A DNA stretch of 64,000 bases from Candidatus Latescibacterota bacterium (lineage in GTDB: Bacteria; Latescibacterota; UBA2968; GCA-2709665). Shown in pieces: positions 9,793 through 19,331 of the stretch (its first letter is position 1; each line of letters starts with the position of its first letter). The notes under the pieces were generated by a model. That model was not told where the DNA came from, ran no database searches, and saw only the letters and a list, made by a program, of their open reading frames with translations. The position numbers were made by a program, and so were the translations under genes. The stretch lies in contig CBDCOX010000002.1 in the NCBI GenBank assembly GCA_965219995.1, positions 3,040,001 to 3,104,000 on the forward strand. Direction: 5' to 3'.

Positions 9793-10031
9793 CAGAGACG
9801 TTCATTCGAAGTTACGCAAGTGATTAAAGGTGATTTAACTGCTGAATTCTATGATCCTTCAGGTCACTGGACGTGAACGGAAGAGATGTCCTTCCTGACG
9901 ACCTTTTCGGCCCGTTGAGGAAATAACTTCAGGGTCACGGCGTTACCACACACGCCGCTTTGCGCGGTTACTTTTTGTGCCTTTTGTGCTTTTTGTGGCC
10001 AATTTTTCGGTTTTCTTTTATCAAATTGAGG

Positions 10032-11156
10032 TTAAGGCGTGAAGATGAAAATCTGATCCGTAATCGACTCAGGAGAATGACCGCCATCCGTCGTCTTCAA
10101 TCCGCCGGCGATAACGACGCGGCCGTCATCGAGGAGCGTAACGGTCGCACCGTGTCGCCACTGCCCTACGCTATGTCCCGTAGGTGAAAATACCCGAGTG
10201 TCCGGATTATACAGTGCGATATTGCCGTTTTCATTGTGGATGAAAAACACCCGGCCGGACGGCAGCAGCAGGGCGGCTAACGGATCCATTGCGGAAGTTC
10301 CGGCGGGCGAGAAGGTGTTTGTTTCGGGGTCGTAGATCTCGGCCGTCTGTACCTGAGGCCCGTTTTCGGGAAAGCCGCCAACGATCAGAACCCTGCCATC
10401 CTGAAGGAGCACGGCAGTATGGCCGAAGCGGTCGACCTGCAGATGACCGGCTTCCGTAAATTCATTCGACGAGGGATCGTAGATCAGATTCCGTCCGGCC
10501 AACTCGACTCCACGGAATGTGTGGGCTCCTCCAACGATCAGCACGCGGCCGTCCTTCAGCAAAGTCGCCGTATGGCCATTTCCGGGATGGTCCATCGCAA
10601 TTGTGTCGGAAAATGTGCCTGTAGCGGGATCGAAAACGCGCCATCGTCCACCCGCGGGTGACCCGCCGATCAAAAGGACCTCTCCGTTGGGCAACAGGGT
10701 GGCAGTGCTGGTCCCGAATGTCAAGGGCCCGTCTGCAACGGCGTCGAATCTGCCGGAGTGAGCATCGTATCTCTCAATGGGCAGTTTACCACCATAGCTG
10801 GATATCATCAGAACCCGACCGTCGGGAAGCAATATTCCGTGGTCCCTGTGGCGACTGACAGTCAGGTCTCCGGTAGGCGTTGAGATCCCGGTCTCAGGAT
10901 CGAAAATCTCAGCGCTGTCAAGATAATCGGACTCCCAGACACCACCTCCTGCGGGAGGTAGCGCCGCATTGCCCCCGGCAATGAGGACCTTGCCATTCTG
11001 CAGTCGTGTCGCGACATGCAGATTTCGGGGTCGAGTCAGATTTCCAACCTCGTGCAGTCCCCGTTCATGGTCCGGCATCATCACCGAATCGCTACCGCAA
11101 GCGCAGAAGCTCGTGACGACAAGCAGCGCCTTAGGGAATCTGGCAATCATTTCCAT
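10032..11156 (-). CDS. Kelch-repeat beta-propeller, probable lipoprotein
   Basis: About six repeats of H-TA-LL-DGRVL-GG...AEIYDP. Lipobox-like FCACG. Start uncertain (11150, 11156 or 11189). Confidence 0.85.
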   Translation of the reverse strand: MEMIARFPKALLVVTSFCACGSDSVMMPDHERGLHEVGNLTRPRNLHVATRLQNGKVLIAGGNAALPPAGGGVWESDYLDSAEIFDPETGISTPTGDLTVSRHRDHGILLPDGRVLMISSYGGKLPIERYDAHSGRFDAVADGPLTFGTSTATLLPNGEVLLIGGSPAGGRWRVFDPATGTFSDTIAMDHPGNGHTATLLKDGRVLIVGGAHTFRGVELAGRNLIYDPSSNEFTEAGHLQVDRFGHTAVLLQDGRVLIVGGFPENGPQVQTAEIYDPETNTFSPAGTSAMDPLAALLLPSGRVFFIHNENGNIALYNPDTRVFSPTGHSVGQWRHGATVTLLDDGRVVIAGGLKTTDGGHSPESITDQIFIFTP

Positions 11157-11642
11157 TCTTCTGTTTTTAGGAGTCTGTGAGCGCGACATCTACGCGACAG
11201 GGCTGGCGATGCGGGCAGACAGGTATGTCCGCCTGCCTGCGCTGCAGGCAGGCCCAACCTGCACACAGGCCTTCCTCACTACTCGCGTTGGGATTCGATC
11301 CTGCCGTCCTCTTCGCTGACGTCGATTGGCGTGTATCTCCTGAATCCCGTAGAGCGGTTGGTCCGTCTCTCGCTGTACGACTTTTTTTTAGCCCGCTGGA
11401 TCCATCAGCCTTCTGTAACTCGCGGTTGTCGTCTCTCCAGATTCCGGCGAACCGTTGCGGCGTACACGAAGCCCCTCCAGGATATCCATGAATAGATCGA
11501 GCTAACGCCGCTACGCATAGATAAACGACTGCCGGCCAGCCCTCCAGATCTTAACCCGCCCAACCATGTTTGTTCGGTGGTTTGAATTAGCCGGGGCCAA
11601 AATCGAAATTCCGCGGGATGTAATTTCGCAGTAGCTCTTGTG

Positions 11643-13472
11643 CTACTGCGAACGATACTCGGATATTTTCTCCTTCACGAGATCTACCAGTCGTTCGCCG
11701 CGCAGGTTTTTCGCGATGATCTCCCCATCGGGGGCAATGAGAAACGTGGTTGGCCACGCCACGATACCGTAAGCTTTTTCAATCTTCTCGGTGGAAATCC
11801 CGTTGGCATACGGGATTTCATGAATCCTTATGAAATCTTCCAGGTCTCTTGGATCATTGTGAGCCAGACCAATGATCGTGAGTCCCCCGTCCGGAAAAGA
11901 CTCGTGAAGGTTCTTGAGATTCGGAAGTTCGTTTATGCAGGGACCGCACCATGTCGCCCAGAAGTCAAGAAAGACAAACTTCCCTCGATAATCGGAGAGC
12001 CGCAGCGAGTCTCTACCTGCGGCCGGCGCCACGAATTCGGGTGCGGCACTTTCTTCTCGCAGGTTCAGTGCATTCGACATCCGTTCAACGCCGCTGCCCT
12101 GGACCGTCCTGGAATTCGGATATTTGCGAATCAGATAATTCAGAACGTTGCGCGCGGCAACTGCGTTTCCGTAATCCCGGAAATGTTGTGCCGCACGCCA
12201 GAGCACTTTTTCCCCTTCACGTGAATCGGGCGGCAGGTTTCGTTCCTTCGCCACCAGAATGCCGGTAAAGAAAAAAGGCGGAACGTTGTATTTCTCGCCG
12301 AGATCCGGTGCGTGTTGTAGCCCTTCATCGAGGCGCAGATAGGTGATTGTATCGTACGTCCTAAAGAAAATGGAATTCGGATCCATTTTCTTTGCCAACT
12401 GCGCCATCTGGCTAAAGTAGCTCTCGTAGACCGTACTCTGATAGTGCTCCCTTCTCTTTTCTTCGAACTCCTGTTTATTGTGTCTCAGACTTTGCAAACC
12501 CTTCATCGCTTCAGCGTGGGGATGAAATCTTTTCAGGAATTCAAATCTAATTTTTACGAAGAGTTGTTCGAAATAAGCGGGGTATCGATTCGCAATTTCC
12601 CGGAATCTTTCTTCGCGCTCGATAAAGGCGGAAACGTCGCTCTCTGAGGATTGGGTGGTGTCGCGTTTGCTGAACAGAACCTGCATGTTTTCTTTTTGGA
12701 AAGTGTAGATTTCATCCACAAGACTGGCGAAGGCAGCCTGGTGTTCCCCGCCTGAGAATTCGGCTCTTGAGTCCCTCTTCGGCCGGACATACTGAGACGG
12801 ATCGAAGATAACCTCTCCACCTTCGTAGATTGAGTTGAATGTAACGAAACTACGAGGGTTGGGAATTGCACGGGAATGACTCAAGTCATAAACGTCGCTA
12901 CCACCGTTACTTACAATAAACCGATATCCACCGCCGACTTTAACGGGACTATCGCCTGGCAAAACCCACACGCTGTCTTTCCTCACCATTTCAATCGCGC
13001 CCCACGGCCGCCATCGACAAAAGTCACCCCACAGTTTGACCCATTCTATACCGGGCTTCAGACCGAAAGGTTCAAGATAAGCCGTCACATTTGCGTGAGT
13101 GCCGGCGTCAGGAACAAGCACTGACGTTTTTAACGTCTCATAACCGAAGGCGGAGATAACAAGCGTATACAGCCCGGGTTCCACGTCGAAAGTGAACTCC
13201 TTAGTGTCTAGCGACCGGGAGTTTTTCGGCCTGACGACAAATGGTCTCCACGTCAATTTCAATTCTTCTATCCCCACATAAATTGAATCCGGAATCGCCT
13301 TTCCATTTAACTTGATCGTCCCTGAAATAGTCGATCTGGAGGGTCTTTGCTCGTCGGGTCGTCCCGAGATTTCCAGATCCGGCTGTTGGACAACAGACAG
13401 CATTGAATCTGTTGACGCCGATACGTCGCCGGGAAGGAACAGGAAAAGTGCAGTCGCGATTCTCAAATTCAT
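11643..13472 (-). CDS. Exported TlpA-family redoxin with N-terminal beta-sandwich (carboxypeptidase-regulatory-like) domain
   Basis: Signal peptide, PGLYTLVISAFGYE, C-terminal FLDFWATWCGPC...WPTTFLIAPDG. Visibly more AT-rich than the flanks. Confidence 0.85.
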   Translation of the reverse strand: MNLRIATALFLFLPGDVSASTDSMLSVVQQPDLEISGRPDEQRPSRSTISGTIKLNGKAIPDSIYVGIEELKLTWRPFVVRPKNSRSLDTKEFTFDVEPGLYTLVISAFGYETLKTSVLVPDAGTHANVTAYLEPFGLKPGIEWVKLWGDFCRWRPWGAIEMVRKDSVWVLPGDSPVKVGGGYRFIVSNGGSDVYDLSHSRAIPNPRSFVTFNSIYEGGEVIFDPSQYVRPKRDSRAEFSGGEHQAAFASLVDEIYTFQKENMQVLFSKRDTTQSSESDVSAFIEREERFREIANRYPAYFEQLFVKIRFEFLKRFHPHAEAMKGLQSLRHNKQEFEEKRREHYQSTVYESYFSQMAQLAKKMDPNSIFFRTYDTITYLRLDEGLQHAPDLGEKYNVPPFFFTGILVAKERNLPPDSREGEKVLWRAAQHFRDYGNAVAARNVLNYLIRKYPNSRTVQGSGVERMSNALNLREESAAPEFVAPAAGRDSLRLSDYRGKFVFLDFWATWCGPCINELPNLKNLHESFPDGGLTIIGLAHNDPRDLEDFIRIHEIPYANGISTEKIEKAYGIVAWPTTFLIAPDGEIIAKNLRGERLVDLVKEKISEYRSQ

Positions 13473-13569
13473 GGCACAACCCTTACGGACTTGGACTTCA
13501 CTGTTAGACTTCTGCGCAAAGTGCGTTCATGTTTATTCATGCTATCAGCCACCGAATGGCGTTGAAATC

Positions 13570-13690
13570 CCCCCACCGCATCAGCCGTCGCCGGCACTTC
13601 GACCCTTCGACAAGCTCAGGGGCCGAGCTCAATGCAGGCATGCTGAGGGGAGCGGCTCGGCTTCTGCGACCCCCCCTCAAGGGGGGAGTG
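13570..13690. repeat. REP-like CCCTTCGACAAGCTCAGG element, copy 1
   Basis: Same motif recurs at about 18300-18441 and 40400-40525. Ends in a CCCCCCTC/GGGGGG hairpin. Confidence 0.65.
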
Positions 13691-13778
13691 ATTACACCGT
13701 TGAACGCGTTGACGCGTTCACATTCACTGATTTGGCTGCGGCTGACTACAGCGAAGGCTCGCTGGGAATGAACTTGAA

Positions 13779-15872
13779 CTATTCCGATTTTCTTGGGTTT
13801 TCAAAGATGGCCAGGTGGTTGTTCAGAAGGGCATATATATGATCGCCCGCCGGGATAAACATATCGCGCCCCCGCGCGGCCTCTCGCCGGTCAGATCCAA
13901 AAATTCCGGCGCCGGTCCGATACGTCAACCGACGATCCAATCCGAGTCTCTCTTTGCGCTTATACGCGCCGTAGATGGTTTTGCCATACGTCTGAACCGC
14001 TGCGCCCCTGAGAGCGTAGGCAGTTTCTCCTTCAATCATCATCAACCGCGGCAGTCCGGTCCATGGGAGGTAATCCACCTCCACCGGCTTTCGTGGATCG
14101 CTGATGTCCAGAATCGCGATTTCCCTGGGGAGATGTCGTTCAATGTAAGCCCTGTCGTTCCCGATGGTCAGGGGCCCCAATCCGGGAGGCGCCGCAATCA
14201 TGTGGGACTGTAGCCCGCGGGACTCGAAAAAGCGCCAATACGCCGGCCCAAATCGGCCCCTTGCTTCTTCCAGTTTCTTCTCGATGCGTTCCCTGATCGA
14301 ACCGGAAGCCAGTCCTTCCAGGACTTCCCGTACCAAATTCTCATATTCGATCGAGCGACCGAAACGACGCAGCGGGGTCCGGCTCAGTACTTCGGGCCCA
14401 CCTGGATCGGACAGATCGAGTACCACGAAATCGTGTCCAAGAGTCAGGAACAGGCGAGATCCCGCAACCTGCATTGCCCACTCATTGTTCCAGACATGCT
14501 TGTCTGTTTCTGCGATTGAATACGCGTGGATGTTTGGAGGTGGACCCTTTTCCAGTACGTCGAAACTGTGCAACTTCAGAAAGTCATTACTGAGTAAACC
14601 GACGTATAAACGGCCATCCCAGACGCCCCATCCCACGAGCCTGGGAATGCGCCCCAACCACGGGGTTGGTCCCTCTTCAACCGCGTGCACCAGGTTCACT
14701 GCCTGCACGAGGGGACGGTCGGGCCGGCTGAGATTGAAGACGGCCACACCCACGCTGTCCCGAACCTCGCCCCATACATAGGCGCGGGTCGCAGACAGGG
14801 CCAACCGTTCGAACCGCCACCCGGGTTTCTCCGCCCGGCCGATCTCGGCGGGGGCTTGCGGATCCGATACGTCCACGACGCTCAGGCCCCGCTCGAGAAG
14901 CACGACAGCCATTCCATCCTTTAACGCCAGGTCCGCTACGTCCATCTTGTATGACACGCTGCCAATCGGCTGCACTGGCGGTTCAAGCATGCGTCCAAAC
15001 CGGGACCAGTAGACATCCATCCCAACGACTGCAATCGCACAGATCGCCGCAAGCCCCCCAACGACCCATTGAAAGCGCTTGCTGATCTGCTGTTTGAACA
15101 CTCTACACGTCAACAGCAGAATGGCGCCAGCCACGACTACGGCTACGACACCCCTGGTCAATAAAAGAGGTACGTCGAACGCCTTCCTGAGAATTCCGGC
15201 GTGGCCGTGCACGCCGATGGAAAACAGGAGCCTGAAATAGAATGCCACGATTGGGGGGCCCCAGTTCCACGCGATCCCTATAAATACGGTTGCTACCCAT
15301 GCGGCCATCAGGCACATCACCGCGGCTTTGAAGGGATGATCGGTAAGAGTCGAAACCAGTACGGCCGCGCTGTACGGAATCAGAAAGGCCAGGAACCACA
15401 ACAACAGTACCCGGGCGTACCCGACGTCCTCCAGAGTCTCCTCTGCCGGGATAGTCGACCCCGTAAAAAAAACAGTCGTGCGGAACCCGCCTTCACCAAA
15501 GATCCAGCTCCCATCCAGTGACAGCCCGACAAAAATCCCGCCCCAGTACCCGGCCAGGATTGCCAGCAATCCTGCTGCACCCACAACGAACTTTACGATC
15601 AGCATCTTGCGGATTTCAAGGGGCCGACACAACAGAAACGGCAGCGTCGTTCGGCTACGTTCCCGCGCGATTGCATCCATCCCCATCAGCACCGCTCCAA
15701 TGAGCCCAATGAAGTGACCGACAGTACTGACGTCTGTGCCGAGGATGACGCGTTGGGGATACTCCCACAGATTGTATACCAGTCCCGCGATCATCGCCAG
15801 GCCGGCGCATGCGGCGACTTTGTAGGCGGATTCGCGGGCCTCCTTCCAGAACAGAGCGCCGATGGGGTTCAT
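13779..15872 (-). CDS. ABC-2-type permease fused to a C-terminal LVIVD-like beta-propeller
   Basis: N-terminal LFWKE, ARER...LLCRPL and about six TM helices. C-terminal repeats GLSVVDVSDPQAP, VVLDLSDPGGP, AILDISDPRKP. Confidence 0.8.
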   Translation of the reverse strand: MNPIGALFWKEARESAYKVAACAGLAMIAGLVYNLWEYPQRVILGTDVSTVGHFIGLIGAVLMGMDAIARERSRTTLPFLLCRPLEIRKMLIVKFVVGAAGLLAILAGYWGGIFVGLSLDGSWIFGEGGFRTTVFFTGSTIPAEETLEDVGYARVLLLWFLAFLIPYSAAVLVSTLTDHPFKAAVMCLMAAWVATVFIGIAWNWGPPIVAFYFRLLFSIGVHGHAGILRKAFDVPLLLTRGVVAVVVAGAILLLTCRVFKQQISKRFQWVVGGLAAICAIAVVGMDVYWSRFGRMLEPPVQPIGSVSYKMDVADLALKDGMAVVLLERGLSVVDVSDPQAPAEIGRAEKPGWRFERLALSATRAYVWGEVRDSVGVAVFNLSRPDRPLVQAVNLVHAVEEGPTPWLGRIPRLVGWGVWDGRLYVGLLSNDFLKLHSFDVLEKGPPPNIHAYSIAETDKHVWNNEWAMQVAGSRLFLTLGHDFVVLDLSDPGGPEVLSRTPLRRFGRSIEYENLVREVLEGLASGSIRERIEKKLEEARGRFGPAYWRFFESRGLQSHMIAAPPGLGPLTIGNDRAYIERHLPREIAILDISDPRKPVEVDYLPWTGLPRLMMIEGETAYALRGAAVQTYGKTIYGAYKRKERLGLDRRLTYRTGAGIFGSDRREAARGRDMFIPAGDHIYALLNNHLAIFENPRKSE

Positions 15873-16768
15873 GGCTGTCCTCCTGATTCCGGCTGGACGT
15901 GGGCGACGAAGGCCTCCTCGAGGCCGACGTCCATCACGTCCTCGATATGCCCGCCCTGCGCCTGGATGCGCGCGGCCTGTTCCTCGCCGTAGTCCACCAC
16001 GGTCAGCAGCCGCCGCGGTCCCTCCCCCTGCACCGAGCGCAGTCCTTCGATGTCCGTCATTCGATCCTCGCCTTCCTGCAGCCGTACTGTGACGCGCTTG
16101 ACCGACCCTTTCACGTCGTCCACCGAGCCCTCGCTCACCAGGCGGCCCTTTTCGATAATCGCCACCCGGTCGGCCACGCGTTCCACCTCGTGGACGAGGT
16201 GAGACGACAGGAAGACCGTGCGGCCTTCCTCCTGGATCAGTCCGATGATGCTTTCAAGAAAGTCGCGACGCACCACCACGTCCAGCCCCGATGCCGGCTC
16301 GTCCAGGACGAGCAGCCGCGGCTCGTGGCCGAGGGCCAGGGTGAGCGCCAGCTGGGCATTCATCCCTCGTGACAGGTGTTTGACCTTCTGCTCCGGATCC
16401 AGGCCGAACCGTTCGATCAGCCCGTCTACCCTGTCCTGGTTCCAGGTCTCGTAGAACTGGCCGGTGAACCAGACGAGTTCCCGTACTCTCATCCATCCGT
16501 ACATCACCCGGTTTTCGGCCACGTACCCCACCTGCCGCCGCAGCGCCAGGGAGTCACTTGCCGGATCCAGCCCCAGAACCTCCGCCCTTCCACCGGTCGG
16601 CCGAAGCAGGTTCATGAGAATCTGGATCGTCGTGGTCTTGCCCGCGCCGTTTCGGCCGAGGAATCCGCAGACCGTCCCCGCGGGCACCTCCAGATGCAGA
16701 TCGTCCACCGCTGTGAGTTTGCCGAAGCGGTGGGTCAAGCCCTCGATTGCGATCGCTGTATCGTTCAT
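15869..16768 (-). CDS. ABC transporter ATP-binding protein (YtrB-like)
   Basis: GRNGAGKTT, LSRGM, LVLDEP, SSH. Start at 16768 (GGGAG RBS) or 16801. Confidence 0.92.
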   Translation of the reverse strand: MNDTAIAIEGLTHRFGKLTAVDDLHLEVPAGTVCGFLGRNGAGKTTTIQILMNLLRPTGGRAEVLGLDPASDSLALRRQVGYVAENRVMYGWMRVRELVWFTGQFYETWNQDRVDGLIERFGLDPEQKVKHLSRGMNAQLALTLALGHEPRLLVLDEPASGLDVVVRRDFLESIIGLIQEEGRTVFLSSHLVHEVERVADRVAIIEKGRLVSEGSVDDVKGSVKRVTVRLQEGEDRMTDIEGLRSVQGEGPRRLLTVVDYGEEQAARIQAQGGHIEDVMDVGLEEAFVAHVQPESGGQP

Positions 16769-16793
16769 ATCGACTCCCTGTGTTCTGTCCCGG

Positions 16794-17183
16794 TCACTCA
16801 TTGTTCCGAAAGCGGTCGAGCCGTTCCCGGATTACCTGCTCCATCTCCTCAGGAGACAGTTCCAGTTCGACGCCCTGCACCAGCGCCCGGTCGAGCAACT
16901 CCCTTACGATTTCCAGTTTTTCCTCCCGGGATATGGTGACGTCCCGCTCGGCGACGTACGTGCCCATCCCCCGCTTCTTGTAGATGAATCCCTCGCGCTC
17001 CAGCTCCAGATAGGCGCGCGCAACGGTGTTCGGGTTGATCAGGTACTGAGCGGCGAAATCCCTCACGGAGGGCAACTCTTCGTGCGGCTTGAGCACCCCC
17101 CGCGCCATCTGATACCTGATCTGTTCCATCATTTGCAGGTAGATGGGCACGCCGTTGGCCGAGTCTATGCGCAAGGGCAACAT
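16794..17183 (-). CDS. GntR-family regulator, YtrA subfamily
   Basis: 129 aa with PIYLQ, LPSVR, INPNTVARAYLELEREG, RGMGTYV; first gene of the ABC operon. Confidence 0.92.
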   Translation of the reverse strand: MLPLRIDSANGVPIYLQMMEQIRYQMARGVLKPHEELPSVRDFAAQYLINPNTVARAYLELEREGFIYKKRGMGTYVAERDVTISREEKLEIVRELLDRALVQGVELELSPEEMEQVIRERLDRFRNNE

Positions 17184-17209
17184 GGCTGTGTTCCTGTGCC
17201 AAGAGTATT

Positions 17210-17233
17210 ACTGTATGAGTGAACCGATACAGT
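17210..17233. promoter_or_regulatory. Putative YtrA operator
   Basis: Inverted repeat ACTGTAT-N10-ATACAGT about 27 bp upstream of the regulator start. Confidence 0.7.
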
Positions 17234-17317
17234 GACATACTAACAAAACCCATCCGGAAATGCAAGTGCTTTTTTCGAATCGGAGAAAAAGCGGTGCGGT
17301 GAACTTCGCGGAAGGGC

Positions 17318-17342
17318 GGGCGCCCACAAGGGGCGCCCCTAC
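17318..17342 (-). repeat. GTAG-type REP palindrome
   Basis: Minus strand GTAGGGGCGCCCCTTGTGGGCGCCC. Confidence 0.6.
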
Positions 17343-17665
17343 AATCACGGGTAGCGACGGCAGGGTGATGGCACGGGGGAATTGCCCACACCCAAGTCGC
17401 AGGAGATGCTTCGTCAAGTTCCTGGGTTTTCGGGGGACCGGCACACATTTTGCAGCCATTGACACCAGGCGCGACTGCGAGTTTCGGTTTCGCTGCAGAA
17501 TCTCGGAGCAAAGGAATTGCGTTCGGAAAACCTCACGAAAGACATCGTTGTGCGCCGCATACTGAAGTTGGTTTTTTTGCCTTTGTCATTGTTGCATTTC
17601 CCATTGACAGCGCGCGATCTTTATTCTTAATTTTATTTCATTGGCGCAAGAAGGGAGAGGCCCGA

Positions 17666-18103
17666 GTGAAGTGGGTGTCCATTTGGAGCGTCAAGGAATC
17701 TGACAGGATTTTGTTTGGAGTTTTGTCGGTCCTGGTGTTCATCATTGGTGCGTTGGATCTGGTTTCCAGAAAGAGCTGGTCCGGCCTTTATTTTTCCGAA
17801 GACGTAGTCATTTTGGGCGCCTGGTCGGTCACTTTCGCCTACTTCACAATAGGAGCAATTGACATCATGGGTATGTTCGTTGGGACGATGACTGAATACG
17901 TGGCCGAATGGTATAAAAACAGGGTTCTCGAAAACGCGCGCGAAGAGATGCGGGAACAGGTTCGTGAGGAAGTCCGAGAAGAGATTCGAGAGGAAATCCG
18001 GGAACAGGTTCGTGAGCAAGTCCGAAATCAGGTTCGAGAGGAAGTCCTTCAGGAACTTCGGGAGGGCAGTCAGGACAAGACAGATGCTGGTGAAGTAAAG
18101 TGA
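17666..18103 (+). CDS. Small membrane protein with two TM helices and a C-terminal RE(E/Q)(V/I) repeat helix
   Basis: GTG after an AGGGAGAGG RBS. Two hydrophobic segments, then REEMREQVREEVREEIREEIREQVREQVRNQVREEV. Confidence 0.65.
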   Translation: MKWVSIWSVKESDRILFGVLSVLVFIIGALDLVSRKSWSGLYFSEDVVILGAWSVTFAYFTIGAIDIMGMFVGTMTEYVAEWYKNRVLENAREEMREQVREEVREEIREEIREQVREQVRNQVREEVLQELREGSQDKTDAGEVK

Positions 18104-18195
18104 ACATCCCGTTCCAATAAACCTGATAAACTGCAACTTCCAGACTGTGTTGGTATTGGATTTCCTGTAAGAGTGTCATTCGGTATAATTACAAT

Positions 18196-18271
18196 GTGGC
18201 AAGCATATTGCCCCCCGGAGGATAGCATTCTCCGGCCGACGCTCCTGTCCGCAGCAGGGGCGTTTCTTTTT
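18196..18271 (+). ncRNA. Candidate small RNA, copy 1
   Basis: TATAAT at 18184-18189, C-tract, hairpin CCGGAGGA-TAGCA-TTCTCCGG, terminator ACGCTCCTG/CAGGGGCGT plus T-run. Repeated 280 bp downstream. Confidence 0.6.
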
Positions 18272-18299
18272 CAATGCGACGGTTTTCGTGCGATTGACA

Positions 18300-18441
18300 A
18301 CACCCCGCCGCGTCAGCCCTCGCCGGTCCATCGACCCTTCGACATTTCGACACCCTTCGACCCTTCGGCAGGCTCAGGGCAACGCATGCTCAGGGAGCGA
18401 GGTCGATGCAGGCAGGCTCACGGTACCGACTCGGCTTCCGC
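18300..18441. repeat. REP-like CCCTTCGAC/GCTCAGGG element between the two sRNA copies
   Basis: Similar to 13570-13690 and 40400-40525. Confidence 0.6.
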
Positions 18442-18475
18442 TTGACACCCATATTGCAGGTTGTTAAATTACAAT

Positions 18476-18552
18476 GTGCTAAGCATATTGCCCCCCGGAG
18501 GATAGCATTCTCCGGCCGACGCTCCTGTCCGCGGCAGGGGCGTTTCTTTATT
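18476..18552 (+). ncRNA. Candidate small RNA, copy 2
   Basis: TTGACA(18442)-N17-TAAATT promoter. Differs from copy 1 at three positions, all in loop or variable sites. Confidence 0.6.
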
Positions 18553-18652
18553 ATGCAACATCAAGCATACCGCGTACCAGGAAAGTGATTCGCCTGATTG
18601 TGTCAAGTGTCCGATGCCAGTCTATGTGTCAGCCTCATAGGAGCAGGATGTC

Positions 18653-19330
18653 TTGTTGACCTCGGAAGAATGGATGGTTCTGGCCCTGTCGCTGCGCGTG
18701 GGGCTGGTCTGCGTGCTGTTGAGCCTGCCCGCGGCGGTGATCCTGGGTTGGGTGCTTGCCAGGCGTGAATTCCGGGGCAAAGTGCTGCTTGACGGGCTGT
18801 GCCACCTGCCCCTGGTGCTGCCCCCTGTGGTGACCGGGTACGTGTTGCTGTTGCTGTTCAGCCGTCGAGGTTTTCTGGGGGGCTTTCTGGAACAGGCGCT
18901 GGGATTTCAGGTGGCGTTTACCTGGAAAGGGGCGGCGCTGGCGTCGGCTGTTGTGGCATTCCCCCTGGCGCTGCGCGCCATCCGGCTGGCCATCGAGGCG
19001 GTGGACCCCAGGTTGGAACACGCGGCCCGCACATTGGGCGCGGGACGGCTCAGGGTCTTCCTGACGGTAACGCTGCGGCTGGCCGCGCCCGGGCTGCTGG
19101 CAGGCGCATTGCTGGCATTCGCGCGAAGCCTGGGAGAGTTCGGCGCCACGATCACCTTTGTGTCGAATATCGCCGGGGAGACGCGGACGCTGCCCCTGGC
19201 GATCTTCACCTACATCAACCGGCCCGGCGGCGACGCGGCCGTCGCCCGTCTGGCGATTCTGTCCGTCATCCTGTCCTTTGCGGCGCTGGTGGCCGGCGAG
19301 GTGGTGGCCCGGCGAATGAGGAGAACATGA
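18653..19330 (+). CDS. modB: Molybdate ABC transporter permease
   Basis: LPLVLPPVVTGY, FTWKGA, EHAARTLGA, FARSLGEFGAT, TRTLPLAI. Confidence 0.95.
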   Translation: MLTSEEWMVLALSLRVGLVCVLLSLPAAVILGWVLARREFRGKVLLDGLCHLPLVLPPVVTGYVLLLLFSRRGFLGGFLEQALGFQVAFTWKGAALASAVVAFPLALRAIRLAIEAVDPRLEHAARTLGAGRLRVFLTVTLRLAAPGLLAGALLAFARSLGEFGATITFVSNIAGETRTLPLAIFTYINRPGGDAAVARLAILSVILSFAALVAGEVVARRMRRT

Positions 19331-19331
19331 C

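Noticed and set aside
9972-10000. Short TTTTGTGCC-type tandem repeat
   Set aside because: Three short copies with no associated gene or other support.
11190-11640. Possible small gene or UGA read-through between the Kelch and TlpA genes
   Set aside because: Short frames only, with no conserved motif around the stops.
18196-18552. Moco/Tuco riboswitch upstream of modB
   Set aside because: Too short, and I see none of the expected multi-stem consensus; each unit has its own terminator.
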